Of a DNA stretch of 64,000 nt, positions 1-7,839 are shown one piece after another. The number at the start of each line of letters is the position of its first letter. The stretch's first letter is position 1. The stretch is from an uncultured virus (IMG/VR IMGVR_UViG_3300032323_002498). Its lineage: Duplodnaviria; Heunggongvirae; Uroviricota; Caudoviricetes. Under the pieces are notes generated by a model. That model was not told the origin of the DNA, searched no databases, and worked only from the letters and a program-made list of their open reading frames with translations. Made by a program: the position numbers and the translations under genes. The stretch lies in IMG/VR virus record IMGVR_UViG_3300032323_002498; one strand, written 5' to 3'.

Positions 1-2
1 AG

Positions 3-140
3 CGCGACAGGTCACTTAAGCAGGGCTGTCGATACCTCAAGCTGGGCGGACTGATCCGTTACCGCATTCAGGATGTGTTGGATTATGAAGAAGCCTGCAC
101 GCATGAGCCGAAAGCCAAACTCAAGGAGAAGAACACATGA
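3..140 (+). CDS. 3' part of an excisionase/AlpA-like small DNA-binding protein (5' truncated by the window edge)
   Basis: Own translation RDRSLKQGCRYLKLGGLIRYRIQDVLDYEE...KAKLKEKNT*; the YLKLGGxIRY..DV..YE wing is typical of MerR-like/Xis HTH proteins. Confidence 0.55.
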   Translation, partial: RDRSLKQGCRYLKLGGLIRYRIQDVLDYEEACTHEPKAKLKEKNT

Positions 141-253
141 CCAAATGCCAACACCGCTGGCTGCTGACCCCAACAATAGGTCGCAACCACTATCATTACC
201 AATGCGCCAAGTGCAACCAAACCGCATGGACAACACTGAAGGAAACACAATGA
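137..253 (+). CDS. small Cys/His zinc-ribbon-like protein (38 aa)
   Basis: AAGGAG RBS, ATGA overlaps at both ends; MTKCQHRW...YQCAKC. Confidence 0.55.
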   Translation: MTKCQHRWLLTPTIGRNHYHYQCAKCNQTAWTTLKETQ

Positions 254-498
254 GACCCGCTACCTTTTCAACAGAAAACCCACCCCGCCCCATCGACTGC
301 GTTGAGACCAAAGAGTACATCAACGGCCTGCGCCGAAGAATCGAGGTCCAAAACGATGGAATGGAACACCTGGCCATCCAAGTCAACCAGCTGCAGAGAA
401 AAAACAAGCAGCTGCAGGCAGAGATCGAGAAAATCTGCCTGGACCTGGGGATCATGGACGGAGGTCCAGGCGTCGGATGGGTGCAGGTGCCCCGATGA
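250..498 (+). CDS. hypothetical coiled-coil protein
   Basis: ATGA-coupled ORF with heptad-like LQRKNKQLQAEIEK. Confidence 0.6.
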   Translation: MRPATFSTENPPRPIDCVETKEYINGLRRRIEVQNDGMEHLAIQVNQLQRKNKQLQAEIEKICLDLGIMDGGPGVGWVQVPR

Positions 499-734
499 CC
501 AACGCCCTCAAAGAAATCCTCGAGGTCCTCGGATCACGGCCCATGGTCCAGGTCGTGATCATCACCGCCGGTGGGGTCAAGTACGCCCTCATCGGGCCCG
601 TGATTCAAGACCCACGGGCGACAGAGTTCGGAGAGGTCACGGAGATCGAGTTTGGCGACCTCCTGCCCCTGGAAGTGGCCGCCAAAATGCTCGCCGGGGA
701 ACACAAGGAAGCGCTGGGGATGAGCTTGCAGTAG
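495..734 (+). CDS. hypothetical protein
   Basis: ATGA overlap with the previous gene; last gene before the AT-rich block. Confidence 0.6.
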   Translation: MTNALKEILEVLGSRPMVQVVIITAGGVKYALIGPVIQDPRATEFGEVTEIEFGDLLPLEVAAKMLAGEHKEALGMSLQ

Positions 735-902
735 ATAACGGCGCGTGGACCACGGTGCCCGGTTGGCAGTTGCTGACCGGGCATTGTTGTTTGTGGAGAG
801 TAGGAAGTGGTGTGTGGGTCACAGTGGACGGGAGATGGGGGTTTACCCTAGGTGGACTGTGAGTTTATACAGGTGAAAGGGGCGCGGATCACGGGCCTTG
901 CG

Positions 903-1142
903 TCAAATTTGGGGTTTATATAGACTTTTTTTGACTCATCATGTTTTTTATTTTTTTTTTTTGAGATTTGGTGTAATAGATGTAATGGTGTAATAGTTCA
1001 ATGAAATCAATAGGTTATGAGAACACGGTTAATTACACATAGTCAAGAGATGTAATTCACATAAAATGCGCGCGGGTTGACTTTTTGAAAAAATAAAAAC
1101 ATACATTGGTCTAAAAAAGTCTATATAAACCCCTGAATTTGA
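903..1142. repeat. AT-rich imperfect inverted repeat with internal TGTAAT repeats (candidate replication origin)
   Basis: GGGGTTTATATAGACTTTTTT at 911-931 is the reverse complement of AAAAAAGTCTATATAAACCCC at 1113-1133; arms extend imperfectly to ~55 bp; TGTAAT at 972, 981, 989, 1051 and ATTACA at 1032. Confidence 0.7.
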
Positions 1143-1194
1143 TCCTGGAGGGGCCCTGGTTGCGTTGAATGTGGATTTGTTGCACAATGTAGGC

Positions 1195-1413
1195 ATGAAC
1201 ATCGAAAAGAACATCCCCCTGCCTGGCGGCGTCGATCCCCGCGAGCGCTACCCATTCCCCGACATGGCCGTTGGCGACAGTTTCATGATCCTGGACAAAG
1301 ACTGGATCAAGAACCTCCGCAGTGCCGCCTACATGTATTCGCGCAGGCATCCTGGCACCAGGTTTACTTGCCGCCGGTACGGCGAAGGCTGGCGACTGTG
1401 GAGGGTTGCCTGA
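1195..1413 (+). CDS. small phage protein, possibly DNA-binding
   Basis: IEKNIPLP...YPF.DM.VGDSF...GWRLWRV pattern common in phage small proteins. Confidence 0.7.
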   Translation: MNIEKNIPLPGGVDPRERYPFPDMAVGDSFMILDKDWIKNLRSAAYMYSRRHPGTRFTCRRYGEGWRLWRVA

Positions 1414-2084
1414 TGGCCGGCAAAGACGAGAAGTTTTTGGCCGGCAAAAGCCTGGGTGGAAGGCCTGCTGTTGTCGAAGCCCGGGTGACCGCACCGGTTA
1501 AGCCCCACAAGCCCAAACTGTTGACGCCCCAGGAATGGAAATTCGTCGAAGAGTTTTGCGCGGGTGATGGCCACGTCACCTTGAAAGAAGCCGCTTTACG
1601 TGCCGGGTACAGCGAAGCCTGGGCGAAGAACCGGGCACGCGAGTTGACCGACCCGGAGATTTGTCCGCACATCGTCGCTGCCATCCAGGAGCGCCGCCGC
1701 GAGTTGGGCGAAAAGTACGGCACGACCTTTGAGCGACACATGCGAGACCTACAGGTTATCCGCGACCAGGCATTGCAGGCCGGTGCATACGGTGCAGCCG
1801 TCCAGGCTGAATATCGGCGTGGCCAAGCCCTGGGCACGATTTACATCGACCGCAAAGAAATCCGACACGGCACCATTGACAGCATGAGCAAGGAAGAGGT
1901 GCAGCGCAAGCTCGAAGAGATCAAGCGCTTGTACGGTGGCGGCTCGGCTGGGCCCATTGTGGACGTGACGCCCAAGCAGATCGAAGAAGAACCAGACGAG
2001 GAAGACGATGGCAGCGAAACCAGAAGCGAACCTGTACAAGCGACTGAAAGAAAACCTCCCAAACTGCCATTTCACCCGGATTGA
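1413..2084 (+). CDS. terS: terminase small subunit
   Basis: LTPQEWKFVEEF...KEAALRAGYS...A.EL....I..AI HTH signature of TerS. Confidence 0.8.
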   Translation: MAGKDEKFLAGKSLGGRPAVVEARVTAPVKPHKPKLLTPQEWKFVEEFCAGDGHVTLKEAALRAGYSEAWAKNRARELTDPEICPHIVAAIQERRRELGEKYGTTFERHMRDLQVIRDQALQAGAYGAAVQAEYRRGQALGTIYIDRKEIRHGTIDSMSKEEVQRKLEEIKRLYGGGSAGPIVDVTPKQIEEEPDEEDDGSETRSEPVQATERKPPKLPFHPD

Positions 2085-2427
2085 GTCCAGGGTCAACCTG
2101 GGCATACCGGATTGCCTGCTGGCATTCCCGCACGGCGACTTTGTCATGGTCGAGCTCAAGGTGGTCAAGCGTGGCCGCAAGGTCAACCTGTCGCCGCACC
2201 AGGTGGCCTTCCACATCAAGCACGCAGACCTGAGATGCCCGACCTACATCCTGGTGCAGTATCAACCGACCGGGACCGCTCACGCCAAAAAGTCCGAGCT
2301 GCTGCTTTATGCGGGCGAGCAGGCCATTGACCTGGTCAACCTGGGCATCGACACGCCCGCGATGGCCCGGTGGCCCTGGACGGCGATCAGCTGGGCTGAG
2401 CTGCGGAATTATTTAGTGGCCAGTTGA
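2008..2427 (+). CDS. PD-(D/E)XK nuclease (VRR-NUC/Holliday junction resolvase-like)
   Basis: E....RIE....GIPD...VELK...LSPHQVAFH motif. Confidence 0.8.
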   Translation: MAAKPEANLYKRLKENLPNCHFTRIESRVNLGIPDCLLAFPHGDFVMVELKVVKRGRKVNLSPHQVAFHIKHADLRCPTYILVQYQPTGTAHAKKSELLLYAGEQAIDLVNLGIDTPAMARWPWTAISWAELRNYLVAS

Positions 2428-2646
2428 CTTGTATGCGACAGTTGTGTTATGGTGGCCCTGGGCGAATGGTTCGCCCTGACCACAGAAAGAGAGAAAGATA
2501 TGCCTTATGCGACGTTCAGAACGCCGCGCGCTTTACCGCGCGCTGAGACGGCCCCTGCCGAAACCTCCCGACCAGACGACAAGCAGGGGCTTGATCGCAC
2601 GACTTTTGGGCTTTTGGCTGTTCCACAAATTATTTGGCGGGGACAG

Positions 2647-2676
2647 TTGACAAGTTGATAAAAGTAGATTTACAAT
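2647..2676 (+). promoter_or_regulatory. sigma70-type early promoter
   Basis: TTGACA-18 bp-TACAAT. Confidence 0.7.
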
Positions 2677-2727
2677 GCACCCAGGCCGAGCATTTCGCAG
2701 AGCCGCAACCTAGAAAGAGAGAAAGAC

Positions 2728-3057
2728 ATGCAACACATTCTTGAAGCCCTTGTAAAAGACCTGGCCGAGCAGCTGCGCCCTATGGTGCGCGATATGATCC
2801 GGGCCGAGTTGGTCACCGGCCAGCTGGACCTGGCCGCGATGGCCGAAAATATCGACCTGGAAAAACTGGCCGGGCATATTGATGTTTCGACCCTGGCGGG
2901 CGAACTGACCGACGGCCAGCTGAACGACATAGCCCGAGACATCGACCTGGCCGACTTGGCGGGCGAATTCGACGCGGACAAAATCGCCGAGAACCTGGAC
3001 ATAGACAGCGCGATTCGGACATTTTTCGAAGACAATCCCGCGACCCTGCGCTTTTGA
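2728..3057 (+). CDS. acidic early protein with 9-aa (I/L)DxxxLAxx repeats
   Basis: AGAAAGAGAGAAAG leader; about 24 D/E versus 9 K/R in 109 aa. Confidence 0.75.
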   Translation: MQHILEALVKDLAEQLRPMVRDMIRAELVTGQLDLAAMAENIDLEKLAGHIDVSTLAGELTDGQLNDIARDIDLADLAGEFDADKIAENLDIDSAIRTFFEDNPATLRF

Positions 3058-3067
3058 GGTGGCCACA

Positions 3068-3289
3068 ATGACACGCGAAACCAACACAAAATTTATTGCC
3101 CGCCTAATGGATCAGGCCAGCACCGGCCCGCTCATGCAGGCTTTTATCCTGGAAGCCGTGCGCCGTTATTCGGCTGACATCCTGGCCACCGAAACCCCGG
3201 CCAATGCTGACGCCGGTCTTATCACCTGGACCGCCTGGCATGCATGCGCAGCTGAAGCCGACCAGGCCCTGGCCGACCGGCGACCCTGA
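3068..3289 (+). CDS. hypothetical early protein
   Basis: GAGG RBS; followed by a terminator. Confidence 0.65.
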   Translation: MTRETNTKFIARLMDQASTGPLMQAFILEAVRRYSADILATETPANADAGLITWTAWHACAAEADQALADRRP

Positions 3290-3312
3290 CCCGGTCCGCT
3301 CGCTTTCTTGAT

Positions 3313-3339
3313 AACCCGGCCATGCGCCGGGTTTTTTTT
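3313..3339 (+). terminator. intrinsic terminator
   Basis: AACCCGGC-CATGC-GCCGGGTT followed by a T run. Confidence 0.85.
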
Positions 3340-3351
3340 ATTTGTAGACAG

Positions 3352-3379
3352 TTGACAAGTGGATTTATTGCACTAAAAT
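3352..3379 (+). promoter_or_regulatory. sigma70-type early promoter
   Basis: TTGACA-16 bp-TAAAAT. Confidence 0.75.
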
Positions 3380-3423
3380 TCGGATCAAGCCAGGCGCGGT
3401 GCCTGGTCCTTCAGAAAGCGAGA

Positions 3424-4119
3424 ATGAACATGCTCAAGACAATCAAGCATTCGAGTAACCGGAAAACGGGCCCCATCGCGGTAACTTATCGGGCCGGCGG
3501 TCACAATGTATTTTCGACGTGCCCAAAATCCTGCGCGCTCAACCCCCAGGGCCAGCATGCCGCCGACCTGGTTGACCTGGATTATTTGCAGGCCGTGCGC
3601 CAGGCCGTGCCCCGTGGTGGCCAGGCCTGGACTTACTCTCATTTTCCCGCCGAGCTGCTGCCCGTGCCTGCACCTGGCGAGACCGTGATTAATGCGAGCT
3701 GCGACACCGTCGCCGATGCCCTGGCCGCCGTGGCCATCGGCCGCCCGGCCGTGGTGGCCGCCCCGGCCGGTACGGTTTGGCCGTATACGGTCCAGGGCGT
3801 GCGCTTTGCTCAGTGCCCGGCCGAGCTGGCCGATAATTTCAGCTGCGCGGATTGTGGCGGCGGCCGCCCATTATGTGCACGTGGTGACCGCGATTATGTG
3901 ATTGTGTTCGTCGCGCACGGTAGCGGCCAGGCCCTGGTCGGCTCCGACACCCCAGGCGGGTGCTATGGTAATGGCGGGCCCGTTCGCCTGGCCTGGGAGA
4001 AAACGAAAACCGACGGCCACCAGGACGATGCGGCCGAGCTGCAGCGCTTTGCCCGCTCGCTGCCGCCTGGCTCGCTGCTGCGCCACCATGTTGTGGGCGA
4101 CCTGGGCCTGGTGAAATAA
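3424..4119 (+). CDS. Cys-rich phage protein (DUF7227/gp88-like, possibly metal or Fe-S binding)
   Basis: SNRKTGPI, CPxxC, WTYSH, CPA...CxxC...LC...F.AHG, GCY and LRHH..GD motifs. Confidence 0.65.
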   Translation: MNMLKTIKHSSNRKTGPIAVTYRAGGHNVFSTCPKSCALNPQGQHAADLVDLDYLQAVRQAVPRGGQAWTYSHFPAELLPVPAPGETVINASCDTVADALAAVAIGRPAVVAAPAGTVWPYTVQGVRFAQCPAELADNFSCADCGGGRPLCARGDRDYVIVFVAHGSGQALVGSDTPGGCYGNGGPVRLAWEKTKTDGHQDDAAELQRFARSLPPGSLLRHHVVGDLGLVK

Positions 4120-4126
4120 TTTTTTG

Positions 4127-4164
4127 TTGACTTGTTGACAAGTCAAAAAATATTACACTAAAAT
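4127..4164 (+). promoter_or_regulatory. sigma70-type early promoter with a palindrome over the -35
   Basis: TTGACA(4135)-18 bp-TAAAAT(4159); palindrome TTGACTTGT-TG-ACAAGTCAA at 4127-4146. Confidence 0.75.
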
Positions 4165-4217
4165 TCAATCGCCGGGCAGTTTCGCCCGGTGACATTTTTC
4201 AAGAAAGCGAGAAATTT

Positions 4218-5231
4218 ATGGCACATATGATAGACACCTCCACCGGCCGCGCTGCGATGGCATACACCGGGCAAACCCCATGGCATGGCCTGGGCCAGGC
4301 CCTGACACCTGGGGCCGATATTGACACCTGGACCCGCGAAGCCGGGTTAGGCTATACCGTTCTTGAGTCCCCGGTTCAATATTCGACACCGGCCGCGACC
4401 GGCCTGCAGTCCTGGCCTGCGCGCAAAGTCCTGCACCGTTCTGACACCGGCGCGCCCCTGGCCGTGGTTTCGAATGCCTATAACGTGGTGCAGCCTGGCC
4501 AGGTAATGGATTTTTTCCGCGAGCTGGTCGAGCTGGGCGGGTTTCAACTTGAAACAGCTGGCGCGCTGAGCGATGGCCGCCGGGTTTGGGCCCTGGCCAG
4601 CGTGGGCGATGCTGCGCCCGTGGTCGAGCGCGACCTGGTCAAGCCCTATTTGTTGCTGGGCACGTCATACGATGGCACGATGGCGACCGTGGCTAAATTC
4701 ACTGCCATTCGCGTGGTTTGCAATAATACAATCACGGCCGCCGTCGGTGGCTACAGTAACGGCCGCGTGATCCAGGGCGAAGCCGAGAAAAATACCGGCT
4801 ATTTGAAAAGCGCTGTCCGGGTCCTGCACTCTGAGCGATTCGACGCCGAATCCGTGCGCCTGCAGCTGGGCATTGTGGCGAATGCCTGGGAAGGTTTCCT
4901 GGTGCAGTCTCGCCAGCTGGCCGGGGTCAGCATGGATCAGGACCAGGCCGACGAATTTGTAGCCGAGCTGCTGCGCCCGTACCATACGAGCGCCCGCCCG
5001 GTGACCGAGTCGAAGGCCTATAACCGGATAATGCAATTATTTAACGGCCAGGCCATCGGGTCCGACCTGCCAGGCGTGGCCGGTACTCGCTGGGCCATGC
5101 TTAACGCGGTCACCGAGCTGGTCGACCACGAGCGTGGCCGCTCGAATAATACCCGGATCGAGTCCGCCTGGTTTGGCACCGGTGCAGCGCTTAAGGCGCG
5201 CGCCGTGGACTTGCTGGCCGTGGGGGTGTAA
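4218..5231 (+). CDS. DUF932 / TIGR03299-like phage-plasmid protein
   Basis: MAH...PWHGLG, ETAGAL.DGRRVWALA, YLLL.TSYDG, IRVVCNNT, GT.W..LNAVTE..DH. Confidence 0.9.
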   Translation: MAHMIDTSTGRAAMAYTGQTPWHGLGQALTPGADIDTWTREAGLGYTVLESPVQYSTPAATGLQSWPARKVLHRSDTGAPLAVVSNAYNVVQPGQVMDFFRELVELGGFQLETAGALSDGRRVWALASVGDAAPVVERDLVKPYLLLGTSYDGTMATVAKFTAIRVVCNNTITAAVGGYSNGRVIQGEAEKNTGYLKSAVRVLHSERFDAESVRLQLGIVANAWEGFLVQSRQLAGVSMDQDQADEFVAELLRPYHTSARPVTESKAYNRIMQLFNGQAIGSDLPGVAGTRWAMLNAVTELVDHERGRSNNTRIESAWFGTGAALKARAVDLLAVGV

Positions 5232-5233
5232 TC

Positions 5234-5788
5234 ATGGGCTGGCTTTTTTCACCCCGATGGGGCACCCGTGCCGCCCTGGTGCAGCACCTGCGACGCCCTG
5301 AGCGCTTTGGCGATCACCTGCAGCTGGTGCGCGCATGCGCTACCGGGTCACATCATTGGTACCTGGTGCGCGACCCGGCCACCGGCCAGCATTGGATCGG
5401 CCTGGACCTAATGAAATCCGGCCGCGCTGATGGCTGGGGATACAAGGACCTGGACGAATCCGCCGGACCCTGCGCGGTCGACTGTCCCCTGGCTTACCTG
5501 GACGCGCCGCACGCCGAGCCCGTGGGTTTCGCTGCTCAGTGGCGCGAGCGGGTCCGGGCATATCACGCCGCCCGCCAGGCAAAGCCCGCGCCGGTGGCCG
5601 GTGCCTGGGTGTCATATGGTGGCCGGGTGTATCAGCTGCAGCGCCCGGCCGGTCCGCGCCGTGGCTGGCACGTGGTCGACGTGTTCGGCCTGGCCTATCG
5701 TATGAAAGCGCGCCAGGTCTCGCAGGCAAAGCCCGCGCCCGGCCATGAGCCGGTCGACCTGGCCGCCCTGGCCGGTGTCGCCGCCTGA
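5234..5788 (+). CDS. DUF6927-like protein
   Basis: MGW start and WGYKDLDESAGP...DCP...LD...WRERVR motif. Confidence 0.7.
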   Translation: MGWLFSPRWGTRAALVQHLRRPERFGDHLQLVRACATGSHHWYLVRDPATGQHWIGLDLMKSGRADGWGYKDLDESAGPCAVDCPLAYLDAPHAEPVGFAAQWRERVRAYHAARQAKPAPVAGAWVSYGGRVYQLQRPAGPRRGWHVVDVFGLAYRMKARQVSQAKPAPGHEPVDLAALAGVAA

Positions 5789-5807
5789 CCTGGCCGACCT
5801 GGTCACC

Positions 5808-5833
5808 GAGCCCGCCACCTGGCGGGCTTTTTT
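5808..5833 (+). terminator. intrinsic terminator
   Basis: GAGCCCGCCA-CC-TGGCGGGCTT followed by a T run. Confidence 0.85.
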
Positions 5834-5838
5834 ATTTG

Positions 5839-5868
5839 TTGCACTCAGTTGATTTATTAGGCTAAAAT
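5839..5868 (+). promoter_or_regulatory. sigma70-type early promoter
   Basis: TTGCAC-18 bp-TAAAAT; GATTTATT in the spacer, as in the 3352 promoter. Confidence 0.65.
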
Positions 5869-5919
5869 TCAGGCACCGGCCAGGGTGGCCGGGATCAACC
5901 CAAGAAAGAGAGAATTTTT

Positions 5920-6483
5920 ATGTCCTGTTTTGTCGTCTCTGATTTCCACGTTTCCGCCCTGGTGGCTTATGCGATCCGCGCGGGCGTTATCCCCGACGCC
6001 GTGAGCCCCGACGCCCTGGCGCATGAGCTCGCCAGTGCAAACCGCGCAGCATTCGCCGAACGCTATGAGGGTCGTTATCAGGATGAAATTTCCCCGTTCG
6101 GTGGCCTGGACCGTTCGGCCGGTGCCGACCTGGCCCCGGTGGCTATTGTGAAAGCCTGCGATTGTCTGGACTATCAGGCGGGTGACTGGTCCGCATGGGG
6201 TGCGAGCGAAGCGGCCGCGCACCTGGCCGCGATCCGGGCCACTGCCCAGGCCGCGTGCCTGGCTGGCCGTTATTACCCTGAGCCCCGGCACGATCTGCCC
6301 GGGTATGAGTCCGCGCCCTGGTCCCTGGACGAGCCCGAGCCCGAGCCGGTCGACCTGGTGGCCGACCGCCTGGCCGCCGCCCTGGGTGATATGAGCGCGC
6401 CCGAGCTGGCCGCGATCCGGTCCGCCCTGGTAGCCGTGGCCGCCGACCGTCGCGCGGCCGAGCTGGCCAGGGGTGCAGCATGA
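5920..6483 (+). CDS. conserved hypothetical phage/plasmid early protein
   Basis: AGAAAGAGAGAA leader; MS.FVV...H, KA.DCLDYQ..., LPGYE.APW pattern. Confidence 0.7.
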   Translation: MSCFVVSDFHVSALVAYAIRAGVIPDAVSPDALAHELASANRAAFAERYEGRYQDEISPFGGLDRSAGADLAPVAIVKACDCLDYQAGDWSAWGASEAAAHLAAIRATAQAACLAGRYYPEPRHDLPGYESAPWSLDEPEPEPVDLVADRLAAALGDMSAPELAAIRSALVAVAADRRAAELARGAA

Positions 6484-6713
6484 GCGCGCGCCTACAGCTG
6501 GTGCAGCTGGTGCACCTGGTCGACGTGGGCCAGGTCCGGGTAGCCTGGTCCGCTACCTGGTCCGAGTACCAGGTCCGCGCGCGCAGTCCGGAGGGCGCGC
6601 TAATGGCCGAGTATTTCACCGACGACCGGGCCGATGCTCTAGGCACGGCCGAGCTCATGCTAGACGCTATGGCGAGCGCTGCAGCCCTGCGCGACCAGGT
6701 CCTGAGCGCGTAG
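6480..6713 (+). CDS. hypothetical early protein
   Basis: ATGA overlap; WSEYQVR...YFTDDR.DA..TA; followed by a terminator. Confidence 0.65.
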   Translation: MSARLQLVQLVHLVDVGQVRVAWSATWSEYQVRARSPEGALMAEYFTDDRADALGTAELMLDAMASAAALRDQVLSA

Positions 6714-6735
6714 CCTGGCCGGTTTTACCTGGTCC

Positions 6736-6762
6736 GAGCCCGCCCAGGTGGCGGGCTTTTTT
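6736..6762 (+). terminator. intrinsic terminator
   Basis: GAGCCCGCC-CAGGT-GGCGGGCTT followed by a T run; near copy of the 5808 terminator. Confidence 0.85.
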
Positions 6763-6989
6763 GTGCCCGGTATCGGACCGTTACTAAGTAAACGTTTAAT
6801 CGCCTGGTCGAAACCCGCTCGCCCGCCTGGTGGCCGAGCCTGGCCCCTGGTCCTTGCTGACCGACGCCTGGACCGTGGCCCGCGTATCGGACCCCAGGCC
6901 GACCGGGCCCTGGTCCGCGATCCTGGACCCGGTGGCCCTGGACGGGCCGGGCCGGTGACCTACTGGCGCGCGCTTAACGCGCCTGGCGA

Positions 6990-7094
6990 GATAATCCGAT
7001 AATCGATTAAAAGATAATCAGATAATCGATTAACGATTATCTGATAATGATTCGCCGATTATCGAATCAACGATTAACGATTATTGATAATCCG
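6990..7094. repeat. AT-rich GATAAT/CGATTA repeat array with a central palindrome
   Basis: Six GATAAT and six CGATTA; ATCAGATAATCG-ATTAA-CGATTATCTGAT at 7017-7045. Confidence 0.8.
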
Positions 7095-7506
7095 GCGCGC
7101 TACCTGGTGCGGGCATTATGTTTTGCTGCACCAGCTGCAGCACGCGCGCCCAGGTGGCCGCGATCCGCTCGACCAGGTGGCCGCGAGCCTGGCCGCCTGG
7201 TGGCCGTTACCTGGTGCATGGTCCGCGATCCAGGTCGATTGATTCGCGAGCCGTGGACCTGGTGGCCGGTGGCCGCGATCCGTGGGCCGTGGTCCAGGGT
7301 CCGCGCGCCCTGGCGCGTAAGTGAGTACCCACCCACCCCGGGCCCCAAAAAACGGGCCGGGTCGCGGGCGTCGCGGGCTTTAGCCCTGTTTCACACGGTA
7401 TGTGCTGCGTGAAACACTTTTTGACCCCTGGCAGGAAAAAGGGCCCCCTTCCTCTGTAAACCGATTTGCCTTGCAATTTTTTTGTATTCGTGAAACAATT
7501 CGTTCC

Positions 7507-7839
7507 ATGAAAACAACTTGCTCCAAGTGCCACGGTCCGAATGACCGGCTGCCCCAACGCTACTGCCGCGCGTGCCATGCTGCGTACGCCAGGGACAACC
7601 GACCACGGCACGCGGACCTTCCCGACGATCAGCGCCAGCGGTCCAATGCCCGCGCTTATGCCAACGTGTACCAGCGCAGGGGAAAACTTCTTCCTGAACC
7701 CTGTGCCGTGTGCCAGGACCCTTCTGCCCAAAAGCATCATGACGACTACAGCAAACCGCTCCAAGTCACATGGCTTTGCCGAAAATGTCATCTGACCCTA
7801 CACTCGGACGACAAAACTCTCCACGTGGAACAATCATGA
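7507..7839 (+). CDS. zinc-binding HNH-like endonuclease
   Basis: CxxC pairs and HHDDYSKPLQVTWLCRKCH motif; coupled to terL. Confidence 0.75.
   Translation: MKTTCSKCHGPNDRLPQRYCRACHAAYARDNRPRHADLPDDQRQRSNARAYANVYQRRGKLLPEPCAVCQDPSAQKHHDDYSKPLQVTWLCRKCHLTLHSDDKTLHVEQS

Noticed and set aside
3..140. Xis-like gene as evidence of a prophage
   Set aside because: No integrase, att site or host genes in the window; such HTH genes also occur in non-integrating phages
951..962. T12 homopolymer as a phase-variation tract
   Set aside because: Non-coding, part of the inverted-repeat arm, and its length may be a sequencing artefact
6748..7412. Pro/Arg/Trp-rich ORFs (6748-7002, 7047-7412)
   Set aside because: By-products of CCWGG-rich low-complexity DNA after a terminator; no RBS
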